Positions 19,401 through 27,350 are shown, numbered from the stretch's first letter. The stretch is DNA of 64,000 bases from an uncultured Candidatus Saccharibacteria bacterium (GCA_964631935.1 CAZWAV010000001.1:211460-275459); one strand, 5' to 3'. Numbers and translations are program-made. Notes: generated by a model not told the origin, from the letters alone.

Positions 19401-19779
19401 TTTTACGAATTTGTAGCTGGCCACTATTAATCAAATCAATAAAGAATAATATTTTCTTCTCAAAATCTTCATTATCAAATTCATCACTAGCTAATGAACT
19501 TTTTACAGAACCAAAGTAATTTTTAATTTTCTCTCTATTTGTTAAGTTGTTGCTATTTTCTGAATACTCGAAAAGACCGTGAACCCCCTTGTCTGCATTA
19601 AGTCCAACTAACACATCCATTTTAATATCAGGACGATCTTTTATGCTTTCATACAATTCAGCAATTCCTGAAAAATAGAAAAAACCTACAAGAAACTTCA
19701 GTTCTTTGCTGTTTTCGATTAATTCAACAAGTCGCTTTTTTAGATCCTTCCCTGCCTCATTCGTTATAAAATTAGTCAT
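16417..19779 (-). CDS. PLD-family nuclease domain fused to SNF2-family helicase, 1120 aa
   Basis: N-terminus: NHAKLYIFKIKD...ITGSSNLT (single HxK...GSxN PLD motif). Helicase: VIVVDEAHRFRN (DEAH), ILLTATPFNN, C-terminal helicase motifs (VGTDKISEGFNL, QRVGRINRIGQ). Confidence 0.85.
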   Translation of the reverse strand: MTNFITNEAGKDLKKRLVELIENSKELKFLVGFFYFSGIAELYESIKDRPDIKMDVLVGLNADKGVHGLFEYSENSNNLTNREKIKNYFGSVKSSLASDEFDNEDFEKKILFFIDLINSGQLQIRKTLEPNHAKLYIFKIKDQLATIRKSVFITGSSNLTRSGLSNQHEFNVELGDFGTEDADKYFDELWESSIKITETEQYKQELINLLKQETLIAEPTPFEAYASILQHYLDAQSQVEVSSSIKELLEKNGYITYKYQLDAASQALGMIEESGGAIIADVVGLGKSVITGMVAKQLGKRGLVICPPGLVGDDNKSSGWKKYLEDFELYGWEVRSCGLATLRSTLKFVQERNDIDVIVVDEAHRFRNQDTEAYELLSMICKNRKVILLTATPFNNSPADIFALLKLFIVPGKSQLTIAPNLSIEFRDYKNMFKKLSDINKDYNSTDKNKREKAISTYATMFGSAVVETGKVNGRIKYISNRIRQIIEPVVIRRNRIDLKNDPEYSKEVKDLSKISDPREVYYELSKEQSDFYDRVISDYFGEDGLFNGAMYRPSVYEKGRAEGERIIGEEENLEYISQTNLFHFMRRLLIKRFESSFNAFAESINNFYAITCKSLDFIEKTGGKFTLDRKLIEAISDGDEDEVIECMVKMSESIEDLVNDKKSKKYNIDSFKEKDKFLGDLQKDKELFEKIKTELDELKLVENDPKVLALSHRIEEILNTKENKGEPDRKIVIFTEYADTAKHVFESLDKKFKGKVLSVYGSTSTGRIDEVLKNFDASQKKQEETYSILVGTDKISEGFNLSKSGAVVNYDIPWNPTRVIQRVGRINRIGQKVFENLYIYNFFPTIKGSEYVKNREIAENKMFMIHSTLGEDSKIFSPDENPSAAGLFTKLQQNPEALEVESFITTIRRLYYEIKTKHPEVIEKIKKLPARIKVAKKFNENDLLVFIRKGRPLFVRGMINDEKEVRDLNLEEVIERIKTTPDEKSIPRSSMFWENYETSKIIEQRTQNSSQMAIETKSFNNLNSLLQNIESFNEDVQDFAPFVRTLLDDLTDYQTLSTFTLRRLADMPTIENSKDSSKIILETLSELKNNLGFDYLDKIKSATKLNTQEVVIAVENRNM

Positions 19780-20053
19780 AAATCATAGGATATCAGGTAA
19801 TAAAAACTGTATCGATTATACCACTGAAAGCCTAATTTATAAAGCTGTTTTAAATATAAGAAATATAACAAATCTAGCTGTAAGGTAAATTTTTTTTAAG
19901 TGGTTTAAACCCATAATCCACCCCACTCTTAAGCGGTGGAGGGATCTTTAGAACGAGGGAGAAAGGAATAAAATGTGGGGTTGTACCCATACCATTCCTA
20001 TAGATAATGACATGGATAGAATATAGCAGAAATGGCGATACTTTCAAAGAATA

Positions 20054-20455
20054 TTATTCAGTAGTCACACCATCAAACTCTGGGCTGTCAGCTTCGGCAG
20101 ATGCACGAGTTGCCCTGACTATATTATCTTTGTGATGAGGTGGGGTATACAAAGTGTAGAGTTTTAATGATTCAGTTTGTGAAGTATTTATTATATTGTG
20201 TTTGGATCCAGCAGGGACTATTACGGCATCTCCACCAATGACATCATATTGACTATCGTTAATAATGACCTTGGCTGTACCCTTTTCAAATCGAAAAAAC
20301 TGGTCACCTTTATCGTGAACCTCCATCCCTATTTCTTCTCCGATAGCAATAGACATTAAAACAAGTTGACAATTTTGAGCTGTATAAATAACCTTGCGAA
20401 AATTTTCATTTTCAATGGCCAATTCTTCAATGTTTCCCTTGTATCCTTTCTTCAT
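20054..20455 (-). CDS. Cupin-domain protein
   Basis: 133 aa; G(x)5H(x)H-like EEIGMEVHDKGDQFFRFEKG ... VPAGSKHNIIN two-motif cupin pattern. Confidence 0.65.
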   Translation of the reverse strand: MKKGYKGNIEELAIENENFRKVIYTAQNCQLVLMSIAIGEEIGMEVHDKGDQFFRFEKGTAKVIINDSQYDVIGGDAVIVPAGSKHNIINTSQTESLKLYTLYTPPHHKDNIVRATRASAEADSPEFDGVTTE

Positions 20456-20495
20456 GATTTAATTATACAACGATATTAAACCTAATAAAAGTCTA

Positions 20496-20723
20496 CTACT
20501 GCATTGCGCGCTGGATTTCTGCTTGGTGCATGCGCATGACATGCATAGTAGCAGCCATTTCACTCATGCCACCCTTTGTCATAGCTTTGACTTCATCACC
20601 GATTTTCTTGAAAAGCTCTGGGTTTTCATTTATAAGCTTAATGAACATATCTTGCTGAGATTTCGGCAAGTCTTTCATTTTCGCACGTATTAATTTTTCA
20701 GTTATAAAACTTTTGATTGACAT
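20496..20723 (-). CDS. Hypothetical small protein
   Basis: 75 aa, helical, no motif recognised. Confidence 0.4.
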   Translation of the reverse strand: MSIKSFITEKLIRAKMKDLPKSQQDMFIKLINENPELFKKIGDEVKAMTKGGMSEMAATMHVMRMHQAEIQRAMQ

Positions 20724-20770
20724 AGAGCAAATATAGCAAAAAAATAGGTTTTGTGCGAGTATAAATTTAC

Positions 20771-21664
20771 ATGGTAAATAAGCCCAAAATTATAGTCATA
20801 CTAGGTCAGACTGCCACCGGCAAGAGCGATTTCGCAGTAGAACTTGCCAAAAAAATTGGTGGCGAGGTTATTTCGGCTGATTCTCGACAAGTTTATAAAG
20901 GCATGGATCTCGGTACTGGCAAGATTACCAAAAAAGAAATGCGAGGTATTCCCCACCATCTACTCGATATTGCAAATCCAAAGAAAGTATTCTCCGTCAG
21001 TGATTATAAAAAACTTACTGATAAAAAAATAAAGGAAATCCTCTCTCGAGGGAATGTGCCAATACTTTGCGGTGGAACGGGGTTCTATATAGATGCAGTT
21101 GTCGATGGAGTTATCCTTCCTGAGGTACCACCAAATACAAAACTTCGAGCTACGCTTGAAAAGAAATCTGTCGAAGCGCTTTTCAAAATGCTTGCGAGTC
21201 TTGACCCTATCCGTGCGAAAAATATAGATGCTAAAAATAAAGTTCGTCTTATCCGTGCGATTGAAATCGCAAAGGCACATGGTTCAGTCCCTACGGTAGT
21301 TAAACAAAATAATTATGATGTATTAAAAATCGGCCTCACTCTTCCTGATGAAGTATTGAAAGAGAAAATCTATAAACGTCTGATTACTCGCATGAAAAAA
21401 GGAATGCTCAAGGAAATAGAAAATCTACACAAGAATGGACTTTCCTGGGAGCGAATGGAATCTCTAGGTCTTGAATACCGATATGGTTCACTTTATCTGC
21501 AAGGCAAAATGACCAAGCAGGAAATGATAGAGAAATTAAATACTGAAAGCTGGCACTACGCCAAGCGCCAGAAGACGTGGTTTAAGAGAGATAAAAATAC
21601 GGTTTGGATAGATCCAAGGAAGAAATCTAGATCATTAAAAGATATAAAAAACTTTTTGAAATAA
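20771..21664 (+). CDS. miaA: tRNA dimethylallyltransferase
   Basis: IIVILGQTATGKSDFAVELAKKIGGEVISADSRQVYKGMDLGTGKIT = MiaA P-loop N-terminus; 297 aa. Confidence 0.9.
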   Translation: MVNKPKIIVILGQTATGKSDFAVELAKKIGGEVISADSRQVYKGMDLGTGKITKKEMRGIPHHLLDIANPKKVFSVSDYKKLTDKKIKEILSRGNVPILCGGTGFYIDAVVDGVILPEVPPNTKLRATLEKKSVEALFKMLASLDPIRAKNIDAKNKVRLIRAIEIAKAHGSVPTVVKQNNYDVLKIGLTLPDEVLKEKIYKRLITRMKKGMLKEIENLHKNGLSWERMESLGLEYRYGSLYLQGKMTKQEMIEKLNTESWHYAKRQKTWFKRDKNTVWIDPRKKSRSLKDIKNFLK

Positions 21665-21694
21665 ACCCCTTTTATAGTATACTAACCTTTACAA

Positions 21695-21765
21695 GGGCGA
21701 TTAGTTTAGTGGTAGAACGAAGGTCTCCAAAACCTTTGGTGGGGGTTCGATTCCTCCATCGCCCG
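21695..21765 (+). tRNA. tRNA-Trp (anticodon CCA)
   Basis: Cloverleaf read by eye: acceptor GGGCGAT/ATCGCCC, anticodon stem AAGGT/ACCTT, loop CTCCAAA, T-loop GGTTCGATTCC; CCA not encoded. Confidence 0.85.
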
Positions 21766-21770
21766 CATAT

Positions 21771-21800
21771 AAAAAATACCTCGTTTTGAGGTATTTTTTA
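21771..21800. terminator. Bidirectional rho-independent terminator (miaA/tRNA-Trp and rpmG)
   Basis: aaaaaatacctc-gtttt-gaggtattttttat. Confidence 0.7.
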
Positions 21801-21802
21801 TA

Positions 21803-21967
21803 TTATCCAGTGATTTTAGCTTCCTTGTGTTTGACATTTTTTACACAGGTTTTGCAGAACTTTTTCATCTCGAGCTTTTTAGTGACGAGTTTCTTGTTCT
21901 TGCTTGTATAGTAGTTAGCATTCTTGCAAACGCTACATTTTAGTCTTAAAAGTCTATCTTGTGACAT
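21803..21967 (-). CDS. rpmG: 50S ribosomal protein L33
   Basis: Below ORF-track size cutoff; translated by eye: MSQDRLLRLKCSVCKNANYYTSKNKKLVTKKLEMKKFCKTCVKNVKHKEAKITG with the L33 C4 zinc-ribbon pattern. Confidence 0.75.
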   Translation of the reverse strand: MSQDRLLRLKCSVCKNANYYTSKNKKLVTKKLEMKKFCKTCVKNVKHKEAKITG

Positions 21968-22005
21968 AGTGGGTATAGGATACTATAAACCCTGAAAATA
22001 TGCAA

Positions 22006-23139
22006 CTAGTTAATGATTCTAGGGGTTAAGGGGCTTAATCTGGTCGTAACTTCGTAGTTAATAGTCTGTGTATTCTTGGCTATTTCCTCAGCTGTTATAG
22101 ACTCCCCTTTTTGAGTACCCAAAATCACCACTTCATCTTCAGGTTTTACTCCTTTTATATGGCTGACATCTACGACAAACATATTCATAGCCACACGGCC
22201 TAGAATTGGAGCACGTTTACCTTTTATAAGCACCTCGCCATTATTAGATAAAAGTCTACTCACCCCATTTGAATAACCCTGAGGAATAACAGCAATAGTC
22301 ATATTCTTTCTTGTTGTAAATGAAGCTCCGTAGCCGATAGATTCGCCCACCTGAAGTTCTTTCACTTGGGCAATGTGTGTGACAAATCGCACCACAGGTT
22401 TAAGTTCAATTTTCTTTTTCCAGATCTTTTGCAACTCTTCACTTGGCCACATACCATAGATGCCTATTCCTACACGCACAATATTATGCAAACCTTTCCA
22501 CTTTTCATACGCAAGCACACCAGAAGTTGCAGATATATGAGTCTTGATATTTTTGTATCCATTTTCTCTAAATAATTTTACTGCTTCTTCGTATGCTCTT
22601 ATCTGCTTTGATGCATAAGTAAAATCAGTCGTGTCTTCAATATTGGCAAAGTGCGCATATATTCCATCTATGCTCAAATTTTTCATCTTTTTTATTTCAT
22701 TAAGGAAAGTACTCACTTGTGATGGCAGCAATCCTTCGCGCCCCAAATGCGCATCTACACTAATATGGACTTTCTGTTTCACTCCTAGTTTACGAGCAGA
22801 TTCATTTATAAGTAATGCATGGTGTAAATCAAAGCAAGTTAAAATACATCCAAGCTTTATAGTACGAGGTATATCATTCTTGCATACATATCCGAGCAAC
22901 AGTATCGGCTTCTTAGTATAAGGTTTTATTTTTTCCAATTCTTCTACACTATTTATTTGAAAATAATCTACGTAAGGGTTAAGAATTTTGACTACTTCCA
23001 CATCACCGTGGCCATAGGCATTTGCTTTCACCACCCCGGCAATCTTCGTACCCTGTTTTACAATACGGCGAAACTGCTTGATATTGTGGATCAAATTTTT
23101 CTTAGAGAGTTCTATATATGAGAGGGGTAAGTTTTTCAT
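22006..23139 (-). CDS. alr: Alanine racemase
   Basis: AGVVKANAYGHGDVEV (PLP-lysine motif), 377 aa. Confidence 0.85.
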   Translation of the reverse strand: MKNLPLSYIELSKKNLIHNIKQFRRIVKQGTKIAGVVKANAYGHGDVEVVKILNPYVDYFQINSVEELEKIKPYTKKPILLLGYVCKNDIPRTIKLGCILTCFDLHHALLINESARKLGVKQKVHISVDAHLGREGLLPSQVSTFLNEIKKMKNLSIDGIYAHFANIEDTTDFTYASKQIRAYEEAVKLFRENGYKNIKTHISATSGVLAYEKWKGLHNIVRVGIGIYGMWPSEELQKIWKKKIELKPVVRFVTHIAQVKELQVGESIGYGASFTTRKNMTIAVIPQGYSNGVSRLLSNNGEVLIKGKRAPILGRVAMNMFVVDVSHIKGVKPEDEVVILGTQKGESITAEEIAKNTQTINYEVTTRLSPLTPRIIN

Positions 23140-23302
23140 TTATACGGCTTATTCTAGCATTTTATGTATATTTTGGTATACTAGCCGAGTAAATGCCGGA
23201 GTGGGTCAAAAACAAACTGCTTTGTTTTTGACCAGAACGAAAGTTCTGTGGGCCGCCACTTTAGGCACATAAACAGAGAAATACGCAGTATATTTCTCAT
23301 AT

Positions 23303-23384
23303 GCCGGAGTGGCGGAATTGGTATACGCGCGCGACTCAAAATCGCGTCTCGCAAGGGATGGAGGTTCAAGTCCTCTCTCCGGCA
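23303..23384 (+). tRNA. tRNA-Leu (anticodon CAA), type II with long variable arm
   Basis: Acceptor GCCGGAG/CTCCGGC+A, anticodon stem CGCGA/TCGCG, loop CTCAAAA, long variable arm, T-loop GGTTCAAGTCC. Confidence 0.85.
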
Positions 23385-23397
23385 CAAATCAAATTAT

Positions 23398-24096
23398 ATG
23401 AATTCACAAAAAATCGTTTTTTCTAAGAAAATTATTGAGAAAGATTGTGAGGACATATTTTATAAAGTACTAGAAAAATTCCCGGAGTTTAATAGTGTAT
23501 GTATTTTTGTTAAAAAAATACCATTCTATGGAATACAACATACTTTGCGATCATACGCACCACTACTTTCACTCGCAAATCCAAAACGAAGAAGAGTATA
23601 CCCTATAGTGATAAATAGCAACTCATATACTCCTATATTTTTTGAAAATCTTACCGAGGAAGAAAAGACAGGGGCAATGGCGCACGAATTTGGCCATACA
23701 CTTGAATATACACGCCTCAGTTCAGTAAAGATTGTTCGAATGACTTTACTATTTTTACTATCAGAAAAATTTGTAAAGAAGTTTGAAAAACGAGCCGATA
23801 TGATTGCGATAGAACGTGGATTTGCTAAAGAGTTACTGGCATTTAAAAAAAGAATTTTTAAAGAAGAAAACATAAAACTCTCTGGGTATAGGAGCTTTAT
23901 TTATATGGGTCCAGAAGAAGTTGAAAAGATATTAAAAAACGAAACGAATTTTGATCGCAAAAATCATTCTTATAATAAAATAGTATGGTACTCCTCATTT
24001 CATAAGTTGAGAAGCTTCTACACTTTCTTTCCAAGTATTTGGCAAATGATAATACTTATCTACTTTAAGAAAGTCCACAGGACAGGCCACTTTTAA
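23398..24096 (+). CDS. HExxH-motif protein (putative zinc metallopeptidase-like), hypothetical
   Basis: MAHEFGHTLEY motif; track ORF 23248..24096 starts inside/ahead of tRNA-Leu, so I place the start at Met 23398 (MNSQKIVF...). Confidence 0.5.
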   Translation: MNSQKIVFSKKIIEKDCEDIFYKVLEKFPEFNSVCIFVKKIPFYGIQHTLRSYAPLLSLANPKRRRVYPIVINSNSYTPIFFENLTEEEKTGAMAHEFGHTLEYTRLSSVKIVRMTLLFLLSEKFVKKFEKRADMIAIERGFAKELLAFKKRIFKEENIKLSGYRSFIYMGPEEVEKILKNETNFDRKNHSYNKIVWYSSFHKLRSFYTFFPSIWQMIILIYFKKVHRTGHF

Positions 24097-25118
24097 GATA
24101 CAAACTCTGGCTCGGCTTCAAGCTTAATACCGAACTTATCAAATATAATTTGAGTTATTTCATCACGAACACGCTCTACGTCAGAGCGAGTTGCTCCGCC
24201 ATTATTCACAAGTACCATCGCATTGTGTGAATAAGAAGATATTGTTCCAAAGTTTTTGCCCTTTAGTCCTGCTTGTTCAATAAGGAATCCTGATGGAACT
24301 TTCGTTTCTTTTTCATTTACCGGGAATACTACCATAGTCGGATATTGGTATTTCAATTCATCAGCGACAGGCTTAGGTACAATAGTATTTTTAAAGAACG
24401 ATCCGACACTTGGGATAACTTTCGGATCCGGTAATTTATCGCTACGAATTTCTATAATAGCTTCACGAATCTGGGAAAGGCTTGGGTTATTTATATTGTT
24501 CTCAATAAAATACCTTTTTACTCCTGGGTAGTTCGGTATGCGAGGTGTAGATTTTGATAGACGAAGAGTGATACTGGTAATTATATACCTGCCCTTGCTT
24601 TCATTTTTGAAGACACTATCACGATAAGAAAAACCACATTCACTATTTGTAATTTGGACCATGGATTGAGTAGATGTGTCATATGCTTCCAGTTGTATTA
24701 GTGTATCTTTTATTTCTTGTCCATACGCACCGACATTCTGCACCGGAGTTGCACCTACTGTCCCTGGAATTGCGGACATAGCTTCGATGCCGGAGAGATT
24801 CATAGCGACAGTACGTTCTACAATAGAATCCCAGTTCTCCCCTGCGCCAATTTTTATATCAGTATAGTCATCTGTGTCATTCACAATCTCAAAACCTGGG
24901 AAATTTATTTTTATTACTACACGTTCTAGTACTCCATCGGGGAATACCATATTCGATCCACCACCTAGAATAAAAATGGGTAAATTTTTCTCTTTGGCAA
25001 AATCATAAATTTCCTGAAGATATTTAATCTCTGAAACTTCAATAAAGTAGCGAAACTGACCTCCGACTTTGAGAGTACAGTAGTCTTTGATATCCACATT
25101 TTCTTGAATTTCTAACAT
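24093..25118 (-). CDS. murB: UDP-N-acetylenolpyruvoylglucosamine reductase
   Basis: FAD-binding N-terminus ...NLPIFILGGGSNMVFPDG..., 341 aa, C-terminal MurB domain. Confidence 0.85.
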   Translation of the reverse strand: MLEIQENVDIKDYCTLKVGGQFRYFIEVSEIKYLQEIYDFAKEKNLPIFILGGGSNMVFPDGVLERVVIKINFPGFEIVNDTDDYTDIKIGAGENWDSIVERTVAMNLSGIEAMSAIPGTVGATPVQNVGAYGQEIKDTLIQLEAYDTSTQSMVQITNSECGFSYRDSVFKNESKGRYIITSITLRLSKSTPRIPNYPGVKRYFIENNINNPSLSQIREAIIEIRSDKLPDPKVIPSVGSFFKNTIVPKPVADELKYQYPTMVVFPVNEKETKVPSGFLIEQAGLKGKNFGTISSYSHNAMVLVNNGGATRSDVERVRDEITQIIFDKFGIKLEAEPEFVS

Positions 25119-25127
25119 ATTGCCATT

Positions 25128-25143
25128 ATATCATATATGATAT
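25128..25143. promoter_or_regulatory. Perfect 16-bp palindrome ATATCATATATGATAT in the 38-bp murB<->HTH-murA divergent intergenic region (candidate operator)
   Basis: Seen directly; sits between the two start codons. Confidence 0.4.
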
Positions 25144-25156
25144 ATAATCCCAAAAT

Positions 25157-26671
25157 ATGAAACAAAGCGACCAGGAGAAGATAGGATTCTTTATTAAGGA
25201 ATTGCGTGAGAAAAGAGGCCTTACACAAGGTGCATTTGCCAAGGAATTAGGCACTTCACAGAGCGCTATAGCGCGCATGGAGAAGGGTGAGCAGAACTTC
25301 ACTACCGAGCTATTATCCAAGATAAGTACAGTCCTAGAGCATCAAATAGTCTCTATAAATAACAACAACTCTATAGACTTCCAAATCGTGGGTGGTAAAA
25401 AGCTACACGGTAGTATTACAACAAGTTTTTCTAAAAATGGCTCTGTTGGTCTTCTTTGCGCTACCCTACTTAATAAAGGTATGACAACACTTCACGGCAT
25501 CGCCCGAATTGAAGAAGTATATAGAGTTATAGAAATACTTGAGAGTATAGGTGTGAAAATCGTTTGGACAAATCAGAACACCGTAGAAGTAACTCCACCA
25601 AAAGTTTTCAAACTTAAAAATTTAAACGTAGAATCAGCAATCAGAACAAGATCAATAATAATGCTCATAGGTCCACTTATCCATTTACTTCCTTCATTCT
25701 CAATCCCTCACGCACAAGGTTGCAACTTGGGTAAGCGTACAATCTCTGCTCACAGATATGCCCTTGATGAATTGGGTGTAAAAATTAAAACTACAAATAC
25801 AACATACGACATAACTGTAAATAATTTAAAGCCTGCCGATATCGTAATGTATGAAGCTGGAGACACAGCTTGCGAGAACATACTCATGGCAGCAGCAAAA
25901 ATTGAAGGCAAGACAGTGATTGAATGTGCCAGTGGTAACTATATGGTGCAAGAGGTTTGTTTCTTCTTGCAGAAATTGGGAGTGAAAATCGAAGGCATCG
26001 GAACAGGCACTCTTATTGTGGAAGGAGTGAAAGATATAAATATGGCCGTTGAATATCACAACAGTGAAGATCCTATCGAATCTATGATGTTCATCTCGGC
26101 AGCTATTGCTACTGATTCAACTCTTACTATAAATCGCTGTCCTATAGACTTCCTTACTCTTGAACTATACAGACTAAAAAAGATGGGATTGAAATATAAA
26201 GTTTTGAAAAAATATGTATCAAAAAATGAAAAAACAAAACTCATAGATATAGAAATACTTCCGAGTATATTTAAAGCACCTTACGACAAAATTCACGCTA
26301 ATCCTTATCCAGGAATAAATATAGACAACCTTCCCTTCTTCGTCCCTATTGCAGTCCGAGCTACTGGTACAACTCTTATACACGATTGGTTTTACGAGAA
26401 TCGTGCTATATATGCAACTGAGCTCAACCGCCTTGGAGCCAATGTCACCCTGGCAGATCCACACCGCGTCTATATTACCGGAGGTACCCCCCTTACAGCA
26501 GCTCAAATAGTATGCCCTCCAGCGCTTAGACCATCTATGGTTATACTTATATCTATGATGGCTGCAGAAGGTACTTCAATACTTCGTAACGTCTATATGA
26601 TCAACCGCGGATATGAAGATGTCGCAGCTCGCTTGAACTCCATCGGTGCAGATATTACAATACTCAAGTAA
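25157..26671 (+). CDS. murA: UDP-N-acetylglucosamine 1-carboxyvinyltransferase with N-terminal XRE-type HTH domain (fusion)
   Basis: Residues ~10-60 LRE KRGLTQGAFAKELGTSQSAIARMEKGEQNFTTELLSKISTVL (XRE HTH); remainder is an EPT-fold MurA-like enzyme (VGGKKLHGSITTSFSKNGSVGLLCATLLNKG...); 504 aa. Confidence 0.8.
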   Translation: MKQSDQEKIGFFIKELREKRGLTQGAFAKELGTSQSAIARMEKGEQNFTTELLSKISTVLEHQIVSINNNNSIDFQIVGGKKLHGSITTSFSKNGSVGLLCATLLNKGMTTLHGIARIEEVYRVIEILESIGVKIVWTNQNTVEVTPPKVFKLKNLNVESAIRTRSIIMLIGPLIHLLPSFSIPHAQGCNLGKRTISAHRYALDELGVKIKTTNTTYDITVNNLKPADIVMYEAGDTACENILMAAAKIEGKTVIECASGNYMVQEVCFFLQKLGVKIEGIGTGTLIVEGVKDINMAVEYHNSEDPIESMMFISAAIATDSTLTINRCPIDFLTLELYRLKKMGLKYKVLKKYVSKNEKTKLIDIEILPSIFKAPYDKIHANPYPGINIDNLPFFVPIAVRATGTTLIHDWFYENRAIYATELNRLGANVTLADPHRVYITGGTPLTAAQIVCPPALRPSMVILISMMAAEGTSILRNVYMINRGYEDVAARLNSIGADITILK

Positions 26672-27252
26672 TGACAAAGCGAGAGCAACTTGATGAATTA
26701 AATACCTACTGGAAAGAAAATTGTACATGCGAATTAAAAAAGACTGCTACACAAGCAGTTTTTGGTGATGGAAATGCAAATGCTGAAGTAGTATTTATAG
26801 GCGAAGCTCCAGGTAAGAATGAAGATATCGAAGGTAGACCATTTGTCGGAGCAGGGGGTAAATTCTTAGCAGAGATGCTTGAGAATATAAAAATGAAACG
26901 TGAAGATATTTATATTACAAACATTGTAAAATACCGCCCACCGAACAATCGTGACCCAGAACCCGAAGAAAAGGAAGCCTGCAATGAATGGCTTATAAAT
27001 GAACTAAAAATCATTTCGCCGAAATTAATCGTATTCCTGGGGCGCCACTCAATGGGAAGATTTTTCCCTGGTGAAAAGATATCAGATATTCATGGAAAAC
27101 TTTTAATTAAAAATGTTCCAGAGCTAGGAAAGAAACAAGCATTCCTTCCCCTTTATCACCCAGCGGCAGCACTCTATAATGGTGGCATGCGCGAAACGCT
27201 CATTAAAGATTTTAATAAGATTCCAAAAGCATTGGATAAAATAAAAGAATAG
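26671..27252 (+). CDS. Uracil-DNA glycosylase, family 4
   Basis: [27 protein letters not shown] + HP..AALY motifs of family-4 UDG. Confidence 0.85.
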   Translation: MTKREQLDELNTYWKENCTCELKKTATQAVFGDGNANAEVVFIGEAPGKNEDIEGRPFVGAGGKFLAEMLENIKMKREDIYITNIVKYRPPNNRDPEPEEKEACNEWLINELKIISPKLIVFLGRHSMGRFFPGEKISDIHGKLLIKNVPELGKKQAFLPLYHPAAALYNGGMRETLIKDFNKIPKALDKIKE

Positions 27253-27350
27253 TCTTATCAGAGGGGCTCGTGAAGCTCGACGGAGCGAACAATGAGGAAA
27301 TTTCTAGCAAGAAATTTCCGGACCCGACGAGAAGAGCTATTCTGTATTTT

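Noticed and set aside
19780-20053. G-rich hairpin-like segment (ccaccccactcttaagcggtggaggg) upstream of the defence operon
   Set aside because: Could be promoter or a small RNA, but the stems are imperfect and no -35/-10 could be assigned with confidence; not called.
23181-23387. 68-aa minus-strand ORF covering tRNA-Leu and its upstream repeat
   Set aside because: Antisense to a clear tRNA cloverleaf; spurious.
25126-25320. 64-aa minus-strand ORF across the murB/murA intergenic palindrome
   Set aside because: Antisense to the HTH-murA start and promoter; no support.
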